Shown here: positions 52,330 to 64,000 of the stretch, in pieces
How the letters are laid out: every line of letters starts with the position of its first letter
Numbering within the stretch: position 1 is the first letter of the stretch
From: Eledone cirrhosa
Taxonomy: Eukaryota
Direction: 5' to 3'
Assembly (NCBI GenBank): GCA_964016885.1
Contig: OZ024740.1
Coordinates: forward strand, 247,070,001-247,134,000
Length of the DNA stretch: 64,000 nucleotides
Translations under genes and position numbers: made by a program
The notes under the pieces: model-generated
Databases searched by the model: none
What the model was told of the DNA's origin: nothing
The model's input: the letters and a program-made list of their open reading frames with translations, nothing else

Positions 52330-53905
52330 ACTCGAATCTGCCAGAAATCATTGCTTCAGCTTGACCAACACCCTACACCACCATAAGCTATCTAGAACCA
52401 TAACTTGACACTCACCTAACGGGAAGATCCATAACCAGATTGATTTCATTCTGGATCCTCAACGTTATAAATCCAGCATTAACAAGGCGAACACAAGGAC
52501 AATTCCTGGCACAGACATCCGCAGCGATCACGATGTTGTGATGACAACTTTTAAATTATAGATGAAAACCAAGCATTGTCCAAAGGACCCTCGCATCTGC
52601 TTTGACCTTGAAAAACTAAAATACCCTGAAGTAGCTCAACTGTCCCAGACCTAAGTTGGCAGCCCTCAACTTACTTAACAATGACTTTCGCAAAGAAGTG
52701 TTACTCACAAAAGCTGAAGAAGTTTTAGGCATAGGGCGAAGGAAAATCCAACCATGGGTCACGAACGAAGTCTTGGATTTATGTGACAGGAGAAGAGAAC
52801 TAAAGGGAAAGAAACACTCAAGTGCCGAGGAGTGGATATAGAAACAGTGCAAAGATATTGAGAACGATATGCATACTGGCAATAGCAAATAGGCCTACAA
52901 TACTCTTAAATCCCTCACTAAGAGCAGACAGTCGAGGGCAACGGTCATAAAGTCGAGAATGGTAAGCTGCTGACGGACAGTGAAGAGGTCCTCCATAGAT
53001 GGACTCAATATTGTGATGGTTTGTACACTTACCAGCTCCACCCAGATACCTCCATACTGCAAACTGACCAGCACTCCACAGAAGACGAGGCTAATCCGCC
53101 AATACTGAAGGAGGAGGTTGAAGCAGTAGTAAGGAGTTTGAAACCTGGCAAGTCACCCGGAGTGGATAATATTCCCTCTGAGCTGATAAATAGTGGAGGC
53201 GAAGAAACCATCAAAACCTTAACAGCACTATGCCAGCAGATTTAGGAACAAAAGATGTGGACTAACTAGTGGACTCAGTCACTGGTAATACCCCTCCCAA
53301 AGAAGGCAGTGTCAAAATTATAGGACAATAAGTCTGATCCGTTATCGTAGTAAGATCCTGCTCCGCATCATCTTGAACCGAAGAATTATTGTCAGAAGAG
53401 CAAGCAGATTTTAGAGCCGGATGAAGTATAATGGAACAAGTCTTCAATTGTAGGATCCTCGTAGAGAAACACCTGCAATATCAGAAGGACGTGTCCCGTA
53501 ACTTTCATCTTTCAAGAAGGCGTTTGATCGTGTATGGCATGACGATTTTTTTCTATATCCTTATGGAATTCAATGTAAAAAATGGAATTATCCAAGTCAT
53601 CAAGGCCTTTTATAAAGATCCCACAGGCGCAGTTCTTTTGGGAAAACAAGTGGGAAACTTCTTTTGAACAACTGTTGGCATGAGACAGGGTTGCATACTT
53701 TCACCCACGTTGTTCAACCTGTTTTTAGTGTAAATCATGCAAGAAACTCCCAACGACCATGATATCTCAATCTCTGTCGGTGGTAGACCGGTCTGTAACC
53801 TACATTTTGCAGACGACATTGACCTCATAGCAGGCAGTAACAACGAGCTCCAAGACTTGACGAACAAACTTGTTGAAAGAGCAGGTGCATATGGAATGGA
53901 GTTGA
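52330..53905 (+). mobile_element. Degenerate RTE-clade LINE (end of APE endonuclease plus RT)
   Basis: HNQIDFIL, IRSDH, KSPGVDNIPSEL, RQGCILSP and HFADDIDL. Confidence 0.85.
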
Positions 53906-53911
53906 TAGACT

Positions 53912-54740
53912 ATTTTGTCTAAGTCAGAGTTGGTGAATATCAACCCCTTCACAGAGGGCTTCGTAGCCTCCGTATCGGACATGCGATCTATTCTCCGTCA
54001 GATGAGAAAGGGTGTCCTCATCCTTGGGTCACAGATATTCCCGCTGGCCATCCACTCCTCTATCCGGTTCAGGCCCCAGCACCTCATGTTCCTTACAAGC
54101 AGACTGGGCATGATTAACGGGGTTCTCTGAGGCTCGGCCACCGGATCTGCGAACCATACAAATGTCGCTGCGAATTCACCGTAGACTATTTCGGTCTCCA
54201 CCCACTGTCCTCCTGTCGCTACAGTGCCAGCCGCATACCACGCCATGCTGCTGTTAACGATGTCCTAAAGCATGGCTTGGATGCTGCAGGCTTTGCCTTC
54301 CAGTCCAACCGCAGTGGTAAGACCCCTCATCTGGGATGCCATATGCAGCGACACATTCTCTAGCAGCAGCCTGGTGCAGTCTGCGACCAACCCAGGCTCT
54401 ACCGCACTTCGGGCCAAGGAGGATAAACTCTCCAAATATTTGTCGCTCTTCGACAGGTTTGCGGTCGAGTCCGTAGCAGTGGAGACTTCTGGTGTCCTTA
54501 GCCTTACGACTACCTCCATGCTCACCACCATCGGCACAGAGCTGGCTACTCGCAAGTGTGTGCCTCACGAGCTGGAATGGATCTTCCAGCGCATCTCCCA
54601 CATCATCATCCGGGGGAAACGTCTTCTCTAGTCTGTCCGCCTGGTCCGGGTGTCGTCCAGCTCATGGCCCCCATTTGCTCACAATAGAGAACGGGAGAGT
54701 GATAGTGGGAGTTAAGTTCCATTGTGTTCGGACCTGGTGT
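53912..54740 (+). mobile_element. CRE-like element, heavily deleted copy 3 (3' part)
   Basis: SKSELVN, LILGS, PLIWDAICSDTFS, VETSG and FQRIS match copies 1 and 2. Confidence 0.8.
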
Positions 54741-55334
54741 ATATGTATATATTTATTTACCACACCACATTAACAGACACATATTAAGTGTGAGAAATAA
54801 TGTGACAATAGCGTTAGTGGTTTGTTAAATATTGTTGGGAAATGTCGTAATTAGTTATACTTATTATGTCCGCTTCATGCGGAAAGGAATGCATCTAAAT
54901 GTGTCAGTGTGTGTCAATTCTACCTAGTCCAGTAAAATCTACATAAAAAGCGATGTTTTAGGTTTATAGACTATTTAGAGTAGTGTGAAAAAGAATTTCA
55001 CTAACTATATATTTTGATGTGAAGGTATATGGCCTTATGTGTGCATATATATATATTTCCAATTATGGGTTGATTCCCGATGGGTTTTGGCTGGTGACCA
55101 CATTTAAAGGTTCTCAATAAATTAGTAGAGTATAGACATCTATTCGATTCTACAGGACTAGAACTGTTTTATTCGTATGAAATCACCAGGAAAATAAAGT
55201 ATATATATATATATACAATACTGTTCTGTTTCAGCAATCTTAATTTGGCTGATCTGGGCTGAATCAGTGATGTTAATCTCCAACACTCAGCAGTAGATCC
55301 ACATAGGTTCCCTGCTAGTGACCTGAAGTCCCTT

Positions 55335-56625
55335 GCAATGAATTACCGTCCGATCACACTCACCTCTCATATCATTAAGGTATTTGAGAGGATGGTGAGA
55401 TCACGAATAACTCATTTCCTTGAAAGCAACGATCTGCTCAACTCCAGCCAAAATGAGTTCCACAATGGAACGGACTGCCGAAGGCAGCTCCTGCATCAAT
55501 TGATGACATTTTAAGTGCTTTGAGAGAGAGAGATCCAACACTGATGTCATATACTTTGATTTCAGCAAGGCCTTTGACAGGGCTGATCACAACATTCAAC
55601 TGAAAAGCCTATCCGACATTGGTGTCTCTGGAAAGTTAATGTAATGAATCAAGTGTTTCCTGACAAACAGAGTCCAACATATTGTAGTCCAAGGAGTACA
55701 ATCACGCCCAGCCAAACTTAGATATAGCGTCCCACAAAGACACTGTGATAGACCCACATCTCTTCATTATTTATATCAATGATATTATTGCCTTCATAAG
55801 AATATTTGTTGATAATTCCGAGCTCCAGCAGGTCATCAATGGAGTAGGGGACCGAACATGCCTTCAATCAGATCTACTTGCTGTTATCCAAAGGGCGGAA
55901 ATAAATATGCTGCTGAACGAGCATAAGTTCGAACTAATCCACTTTAACTATCATACTCCATTCTGAAACTATCATACTCCATTCCCCCGGGAGAAATCTT
56001 CGTAGCATCCAACAAAATCAGAGACCTGGGAGAATTGTCGATAACAATATAACTTGGGCTACTCATATAAACAGCAAAATTGACATGGCCCGCAGGATGT
56101 GTTCCTGGATTCTCAGAACTTTCCAGTCGAGAGATATCCACACCATTATCCTTCTCTTCTCTACTTTTGCCCGACTCCACCTTGAATAATGTTATCTACT
56201 GTGGTCTCCCCACACGAAACAAAGTATCATGAAAATTGAAGCTCCTCAAATGTCAACCACAAAAAGGATAAACAACATAACATGCCTTGACGTTTGGGGT
56301 CGACCAGAAAAGTTTAAACTCTACTCTTACCAACGCCGTGAACGCTACATTATCTACATGATGAAAAATATTCCATCAGCAGTGCCCAAATGATGTTGGT
56401 ATCCTCTTTAAAATAAACCTAAGGCTTGGGCCCCATGCTATCCGTCCACAACAAAAATCAAACTCGCATCTCATAACAACATTACGGCACAATAACTTCA
56501 CCTCAATTAGTCCCACTCCCTTTAACATTACACCAAAACACATAAAAACATAAACAGGCCCTATAAAATTCAATATGTATTCGGTCAAATTCCTCCAAGA
56601 AATCCCGTCGGATTTTTTGCATTAG
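55335..56625 (+). mobile_element. Degenerate CR1/L2-group LINE RT and 3' region
   Basis: NYRPITLTSHIIKVFE, DFSKAFD, VPQ..LFIIYIND, RDLG and RLHLE..LWSP motifs across frames. Confidence 0.8.
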
Positions 56626-56719
56626 ATTTCCACCGTGGAATTGGAGTTTTTCCCAGACCGAACATGAACTTCCACTTGGATATGTTTTCTGATCACTGCA
56701 TTTTCTGATGTGTGTGTGT

Positions 56720-56855
<136 letters not shown>

Positions 56856-57094
56856 CAAAGTAAGATATCGTGTTAAAAAATGTAAGTGATTGCAATAAAC
56901 GGAGAGAGAAGAGTTAAACATGTTCGTCATATTAGTAAATAAACTTAAGAAAATTAACAAAGAGAGATGTGTAGCGAAGGAAATGTTTTCCCACGGTGTT
57001 CTCTTTTAACTCACTGACACGGCCACCAAGAAGTGACCTGTGACCTCACAGAAAAGACAGTAGATAATTTCTCCATCTTCTTGTCTTTTTCTTC

Positions 57095-57850
57095 CTGGTC
57101 GTATTTGGTGTGATGTATCTACGGGTCACGCGTGCCCTTACGTACTTCTAAGGCATCGACGTTCGTTTTTTTTCTGCGCTGCACAACCTATTGCATCCTG
57201 GTGTCAACTCCACCCTGAACTTAATAATAGCCCGGATTGTCTGGATTGGTGTAAACAAGGATGTCAGGAAATGGACCACGCTTTGCGTCCAGTATCAGAA
57301 TGCAAAATTTCATCACCATGTCAGAACTCCCATGGGAACCTTCGCAACACCAGATGCGCGTTTCCAACATATGCACATCGACATCGTCGGATCACTGACT
57401 CTTTCTCAGAGCTGCACTCACCTTTTGACCTGTGTGGACAGATTCTCCCCGTAGCTTGAAGGCTTTCCCCTGCCTGATACTTCAGCAAAATCTATTGCCA
57501 CAGCGCTAGTACAGCAATGAATTTCGCATTGCATTATAGCACAGCTTCTACCATCACAGTGGACAGACGAGGCCAGTTCGAATCGAACCCTTTTAAAAGA
57601 TTGACGCCTTTTAGGTTGTAACCAAAGACATACAACAGCTTATCACTTGGCAGCTAACGATGTGGTGGAACGATTCCATCGGCAATTAAAATCTGCTCTC
57701 AGAACCTATGTCAACAACAGCAACTGGTCAGAAATCTTACCCCTTATCCTTCTGGGAATTTGCGCTACCGTAAAAGACTGATTTTGTTTTACGTCAGCTC
57801 AGCTGGTTTATGGTATGACATTAGTATTATCCAGGCAAATGATTGCACCT
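57095..57850 (+). mobile_element. Gypsy integrase fragment
   Basis: HPGVNST..WIGVNKDVRKW, HIDIVG, CVDRFS, TAYH and VERFHRQLKSAL. Confidence 0.85.
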
Positions 57851-57877
57851 GAGTCTCAACACCCCGCGGGTCAAACA

Positions 57878-60068
57878 AACTACATGTTCGAAGCGCTCTA
57901 CTGCAACTGGCAGCAGAATGGGAGTATTTCCAGTTCTGTGAGCAAGGAAGTGGTGACGCTGATAAGGAAAGACGAGAACAAGAGGGATACATTAGTCAAC
58001 TTCAGGCCCATAACTCTGCTCAACACAGAGTTTAAGATGTTGGCCAAGGTGTTAGCAAAGAGATTGGCACTTGTCGTCGAGCATTTGGTTGGGGAGGCGC
58101 AGACTTGCGCATTGCCAGCCAGGTCTATACACTACAATCTCCACCTCATGCGATACATCATAGAGAGGGTAGGGTGTAAACCTGGCTTCGGTGGGGCACT
58201 GATCGATTTAGATCAATCGAAAGCATTCGATAGGGTCGACCATCGGTATCTGGAGGCTGTCCTCAAAGCGGCTGGCTTCGGCCCTGTCTTCAGAAGCTGG
58301 ATCGCTGCAATGCACAGCGGCACATGCTCGGTGACCAAGGTTAATGGCCACCTCTCGGAACCATTTTGGCTCTCCCGATCGGTCAGTCAAGGGTGCCCTC
58401 TCTCCTCACTTCTGTACGTATTGACTCTCGAGCCTTTACTGCGGAAGCCAGAGCTGTTGCAGGGCATCCCGCTCTAACCGGGAAGGGTTGTGTCGGCTTA
58501 TGCGGACAAAATCACCGTGATGGTGTCGGACACCTCATAAATCGAGGTGGTCGGCAACTTATTGGAGGAATATGAAAGGGTGACGGGAGCAAAACTTAAC
58601 CTGGAAAAGTCAGTGGGCTTGCAACTCGGCACCTGAAGAGGCAAGTCCATGCCGTCCAACATCGTCGTTGAGCGCTGGACGGACGGACCATTAAAGTTGC
58701 TTGGGGGTTGGTTCGGGCCAGACCTCCAGCTGGATAAGAATTGGTACGAGGTGACGAGCAGGGTTTCCAGTCTCACACATAAATGGGCTGCGAGGAAGCT
58801 ATCACTGAAAGGTCGTGCGGAGGTGGCGAATGCGTACATCGCGTCTATCACCTACTACCGCCTGACCGTCGTGCCTTGCCTCCGTCCGTGCCTCGTCAAG
58901 TTGCAACGGCTCCTCTTCAAATTCTCGTGGAGAGGACAAGTTCCGTTGGTGAGGCGGTCCATCTGCTGCCAGCACCCTCTACGTGGAGGGCTGGGATTAC
59001 CGTGGCTAATGATGCCCTTCTGCAGCTCGTTTCTTTGACTGAGCTGCAGTCCTGAGTCAAGAAGAGACCGAGACTGGGTGACTGGCCCCTGGAATGTTGC
59101 CAGGCACTCACTGCCGTCTACCAAGCGGGCAATGCGATCAGTGGAACTTCCACTCTCGAGTTCTAAAGAGGATTATGGTGGGCTTTGGGCCTTGACGAAG
59201 TCGAACTGACCAGTCTGTTCCAGAGGACTTTCGAGCAGGGGACGATGGACAATTTCCAGAAATCCCTCGCTTGGCTGTGCTACCGGGGGGAGTGGGGGGG
59301 ACTGCCGGTTCGGGATAAACTCTACAGGCACGGAAGTGCTGTCAGACGGACCTGCCCAAGATGCGCACAGAGCAACGAAACCGTTCTGCACGCACTTGTC
59401 CAATGTCCGTGTATTACTGACTTGTGGAGTTATGTCGAACAGCTACTGTCGCGTGTAGAACGGATCCGGCTATCCGCCGAGGCCATAGTAAAGATCGATC
59501 CGCCGCCTTCCTTTGGTCAGGAGGAGCAGGCAATTTTCCTCTGTCTGGTGGCAGTTGCGAAAGGGTTTATATGGTGGACCATATTGAAAGGACTGAAGAC
59601 AGACACTTTTCTCTACGGCCAACCCCTCACCAACTTCTTCAAGTTACACCTGGAAAGGAAGATGAGGGTGGAAAGAGAAGTGCTGCCCCCAGTACATTTG
59701 CTAAAAGGTGGATGAACGTGGCGAGAATGGCCCGTGTGAATGGGCCTATTCTGACCTTGCGCCTATAGGCTAGCTAACTTGAGGAGAGAGGTGCTCTACC
59801 TGGGTGCCCAAGAAGCGCATGGTGGTTCAAGATAGGTGGGGTACCTGAGTCACCCCTGCGTCGTCTACCCCGATAGGGTAATTTATTTATTTTGTCATAT
59901 TTATACATAGTTTATTTTATATTTGTATATCTTCATTGTTAAATTAGTCTCGCCATTGTGCACTTTTACTCGACCTTATTGTAAACTCTCGCTGTCCATG
60001 CCTTTGTATTGTCCCCTAGATGTCGGCCCTTGTGGCCAATAAATGAAATCATTATTATTATTATTATT
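57878..60068 (+). mobile_element. Tx1/L1-clade LINE copy A, 5'-truncated, with (ATT)n tail
   Basis: NFRPITLLN, DLDQSKAFDRV, SQGCPLS, AYADK, GGLGLP and CPRC..ETVLHALVQC. Ends GTGGCCAATAAA..(ATT)n. Confidence 0.9.
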
Positions 60069-60207
60069 GGGGATTTTTTTGTCATTTCCTTTGTTATTGT
60101 TTTTTATTTACACGCAGAAATGCCCATTTGTACCGTCCTGTACCGTCCTTAATGTTATACTTTATGTCAACCGTCGTGGTTAATAAAGAAAACATTATTA
60201 TTATTAT
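60069..60207 (+). mobile_element. Short 3'-end fragment of a related Tx1-like element with (ATT)n tail
   Basis: Resembles the 3' UTR at 62330-62505 and ends GTGGTTAATAAAGAAAAC(ATT)n. Confidence 0.6.
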
Positions 60208-62505
60208 CAAAGGGCAATTAGAGTAGAATCAATAAGGTTTAGCAAAGGAGTAAAGATAGAGGAAAATAGAGTAGAAGGAGAGCTAGTTAGAAAGCTAGAA
60301 GAGGCGTTTAGGACAGACATCGCAGCCGACGTTCTTGCGGCAAGATTGGCACTCGACCAATTCTTCAATGCAAAGCATGAAGGCTGCGTTGTCAGAGTTA
60401 AAGCGCGTGCTCTGAGACAAGAGGGGACAAAAGCTGTCCAATGGGCCCGGGTGGTGGAGGCGCGACCTGGCAACAAAACCACAATTCAATCCTTGCTTGA
60501 CCAAAACGGGCGCATGTTACTCGAATCCGTGCAGATACGTGAGGCTTTCAGCAGCACTTTGCTCAACTGTTCGGGAGAGGCGGCGGGCCAGATTGGAATA
60601 TGAACTTCAGTGCATACCTCGAGGGACTGCCGCAGCTCTCGACGACCGCAGTGCAGTATTGCGAAAAGCCGATAACAGCAGGTGAAATACGGGAAGCGAT
60701 GTCTGACTGCCCGAGGGGTAAATCGCCAGGTTTGGCTGGTCTGCCCTACTAACTTTATGCCTACATGCCAGACTTGCTCGGTGACCTCTTGGCAGACGTC
60801 TACTGCAACTGGCAGCAGAACGGGTGCATTCCCAGTTTTGTGAGCCGGGGAGGTGGTGCTGTTAAGAAAAACCCGAACAAAGGAGACGTTATAGACAACT
60901 TCAGGTCCATAACTCTGTTAAACACAGATTTCAAGATTTTGGTTACGGTGTTAGCAACTAGATTGGCGCTTGTCATCGGTAATCTGGTAGGTGAAGCGCA
61001 GACATGCGCCATTCTAGTCAGATCCACCTCATGCGATACATCATAGAGAGGATGGTTAACGAACATGGCACGGGTGGGGTCCTGATCAACTTAGATCAAT
61101 CTAAGGCATTTGATAGGGTCGACAATCGGTACCTGGCGGCGGTCCTCGCGGTGGCTGGTTTCGGGCCCATTTTCAGAGGTTGGATCGCTGCGATGCACAG
61201 TGACATCTGCTCAGTTATGAAGGTGAACGGTCATCTGTCACAGCCGTTCAGCATCATGCGCTCGCTCCGTCAGGGCTGTGCCCTCTCGTAATTCTTGTAC
61301 GTATTGGCCCTAGAGCCGTTACTGCACAAATTGGAGGCGATGAGAGACGTCCCACGCGAACTGGGATGCGGGAGATCCGTATCGGCTTACGCCGACGACG
61401 TCACCGTGGTGGTGTCAACGCCGGACATGTCCTAATTCTTGGCACCGCTCTCAAGGAATATGAAGCAGTGACAGGAGCAAAGTTAAATCAGGAAAAGGCC
61501 GAGAGATAGCGCTTGGAAGCTGGAATGTATCCAAGCGCTCACAGCCTTCTACCAGCTGGGCACTAGTATCAGTGGAACATCCACCTCGGCAATCTATAGA
61601 GGAATAATGGATAGGAAGAGCGATGACGTTCTCGGGGAGACCATGGGCGTCGAAGACGATCAGCTGTTCTCTCTCTTCAAGAGAACTTTCAGCCCGGGAT
61701 CTATGGACATCTTCCAGAAATCCCTGGCCTGGCAGTGCTACCGGGGAGCGTTGCCGGTTCGAGATAAACTCTACAGCACGGAAGTGCCGTCAGCCGAACC
61801 TGTCCGAGATGCGCGCAGAGCGACGAAACCGTTGTGCACGCACTCGTTCAGTGTCCGCGCATTGCTGACTTGTGGAGCTATGTCGAACATTTTCTGTCAC
61901 GTGTAGGACAATCCGGTTATCGACTGAGTCCATTGTGCAGATAGCCCCGCCGTCCTCCTTTAAGGAGGAGGAAGGACAGGCAGTTTTCATCTGCCTGGTG
62001 GCCATGGCAAAAGCGATTGTGTGGTGGACAAGGTTGAAAGGATTGAAGACGGAGACTTTCCTCTTCGGCGAATCCCTGATTAACTTTTTCAAAATTCAGT
62101 TGATGAGGAAAATCAGGGTGGAGAGGCAAGTGCTATCTTCTAGTAAGTTTGTTGAAAGGTGGGTGAAAGTGGCCAGTCTGGTTCGAGTGAACGGGCCCGT
62201 TCTGAGTATGCGCCTGTAGACTGTGGAGTGGAAGAACTGAGAGAGGGTGTTTACCCTGGTGGTCAGGGTGGCCGTGGTCTGTTGTGTGGTTTTCACCACG
62301 AGTGACCCTCGGAGGTTTGCCCCTTTTGGGGGAATTTTTGTTGTTTGAATTTTTTTGATTTGTTTTTACACATTTCTACCTTTTTACACGACAAAAGCCA
62401 CTTTGTATCGCCCTGAACCGTTCTGTGCCGTCTGTAAAGTTTTTCTTCATGTTAGCCCTTGTGGCCAATAGAGAAACAATTATTATTATTATTATTATTA
62501 TTATT
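60208..62505 (+). mobile_element. Tx1/L1-clade LINE copy B, 5'-truncated, internally deleted at about 61500, with (ATT)n tail
   Basis: KSPGLAGLP, NFRSITLLN, LDQSKAFDRV, RQGCALS, AYADD and a C-terminal CxxC..H..C. Tail at 62479-62505. Confidence 0.9.
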
Positions 62506-62716
62506 GACGAAAGTGGATGTACGTTTTTTGAAGCTCCGTGAGTAAGCAATTTTTTGAGGATTAATTGTAGAGAATTGTTTATTTTTTGTACCGCTGAAGC
62601 ATTATAAGACATTAATTTGTATCCTGTGAAGGAATAACTCATAATATTTGGGCCTTTTGGCCAAAATATTTGAACTTTATTTTGAAAAAAAATAATAATT
62701 TTTTTCTCAAAAAAAC

Positions 62717-64000
62717 ATGGCGGAGCCACGCCCCCTAGAGGCGGGTCTGCTGTCGTGCAACGGCGACTTGAGCGTTGAGAGGAGAGGTGAGGCGAGGAGC
62801 GCCACCAGCACGAATGTGAGCAGCGACAGTGCCAGCACCAACGGGCCGAGCGGCGCGGAAGGTGGTAACAGCGACAACACCAACACCAACAAGCCGAACA
62901 GCGCAGAAGGTGGTAATAGCGAGAGCACCAACAAAACGAACAGCACAGAGAGTAATAGTAGCGACAGCAACAGCACCAACAAGGCCAACAGCACAGAGGG
63001 TAACCACGACACAGGGGAGAACAACAACAGCAATAGCAGCAGCAACACCAACAAGAACAACAACAGTGACAACACCAACAAGAACACCTTCGCTGCTGTG
63101 GCAGCGGCTAAAAGGAGACCATGCTACAGCATCGACTTAACCAACAGAGAGGAAAAGTTGGCCCAGGCCTGAAAAATCATAAATCAAGAGCAGACCTGGG
63201 CAAACTTAACTGTCCCGGCAGAAGCCATTGAGGCAGTGGAAAAAAGAACGGTGCATTTCAGATGCATCTCAGTAGAGACAAAGAGGGCAGCGATAATCGC
63301 CCAAGCTGATATAGAAGCCGCACTGAAATACATCAGAGAGGACACAGACTTCATAGAGAGGGGCAGGCAATACGGCACCGTTTCGGTGCTGTTCAAGTCT
63401 GAAGCCCTCGCTGTGAAGCATTCAATGACCCCTTGCAAAACCAGCAAGGTTATAATGTACCCCTCCCACATGGGAAAACGAATAGCACGTGTGCGCATTC
63501 CCAGGATTCCACCAGGACTTGATATGTGGTGGCTCCTGGGTTGCGTAATCGTGGAAGGAACGGATACAGTCCCGGTAGAGGCAACGAGAACTGCCAGGGA
63601 CGACTGGTCCGGGGTTGATCTGGAGATACTGCTCCAAATCAGACCCGAAAACGTAAAAGCAATCCCGGACCACATCCGCCTCCAAAACGGGAGGGTGTTG
63701 CATATAATGACTGAGGGCAAAAGGCCGCATTGTTTCCTTTGTGGGGAAACGACACACTTGCGAGCCTTCTGCCCTCAACTGCCGAAAAGCGCAAGGGGTT
63801 GAAAGATTCCACTGCTGGCGACGCCGGGACAAGGACCACCAGCAACACCGTCAACAATGGAACCACCAAAATTGCACACCCAGGGGGGAAACGAGGAAAG
63901 CTCTCCCATTCCCCCTCCCCCCCAAAATACACACACGAACAAGAACATAAACACTCACTCAGACACAAACACGCTCACAGCCACAGACCCCTCATCCTCC
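62717..64000 (+). mobile_element. ORF1 (gag-like, Asn/Ser/Thr-rich N-terminus, CCHC zinc knuckle) of a probable third Tx1/L1-type element; runs off the window
   Basis: 62717-63172 and 63236-63802 are in the same frame, split by one TGA. Motifs TFAAVAA and CFLCGETTHLRAFC. Confidence 0.7.

Noticed and set aside
62707-63087. Leu-rich membrane-like ORF on the minus strand
   Set aside because: Antisense shadow of the AAC/AGC-rich ORF1 N-terminus.

Overview
AT-rich, microsatellite-dense eukaryotic DNA made almost entirely of decayed transposable elements. The SINE types and repeat landscape suggest a mollusc, probably an octopus-like cephalopod (inference). No host protein-coding gene is supported. 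The window holds at least 7 Penelope-like elements (PLEs). Four have the Naiad-type signature: RT GLYRDD, W(F/Y)xPPF, CNCRxxxxCPL and a C-terminal GIY-YIG. It also holds a Gypsy LTR element, a Gypsy integrase fragment, three copies of a CRE-like RLE non-LTR element, two RTE LINEs, a CR1-like LINE, a head-to-tail cluster of Tx1/L1-like elements, about 10 copies of one tRNA-derived SINE, two other SINEs and probable Helitron ends. The main unannotated structure is a set of about 10 type I hammerhead ribozyme (HHR) motifs from several unrelated families, nearly all with a palindromic stem III. They lie in PLE pseudo-LTRs and in ORF-less 0.4-0.7 kb units with terminal direct repeats and inverted duplications (retrozyme-like). 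Other highlights: an in-frame TGA at the first Cys of the conserved CxLC motif in one Naiad-type element (possible selenocysteine), a PHD finger at the N-terminus of the CRE-like element, and Tx1 copies chained through (ATT)n tails. All calls are by eye and boundaries are approximate.
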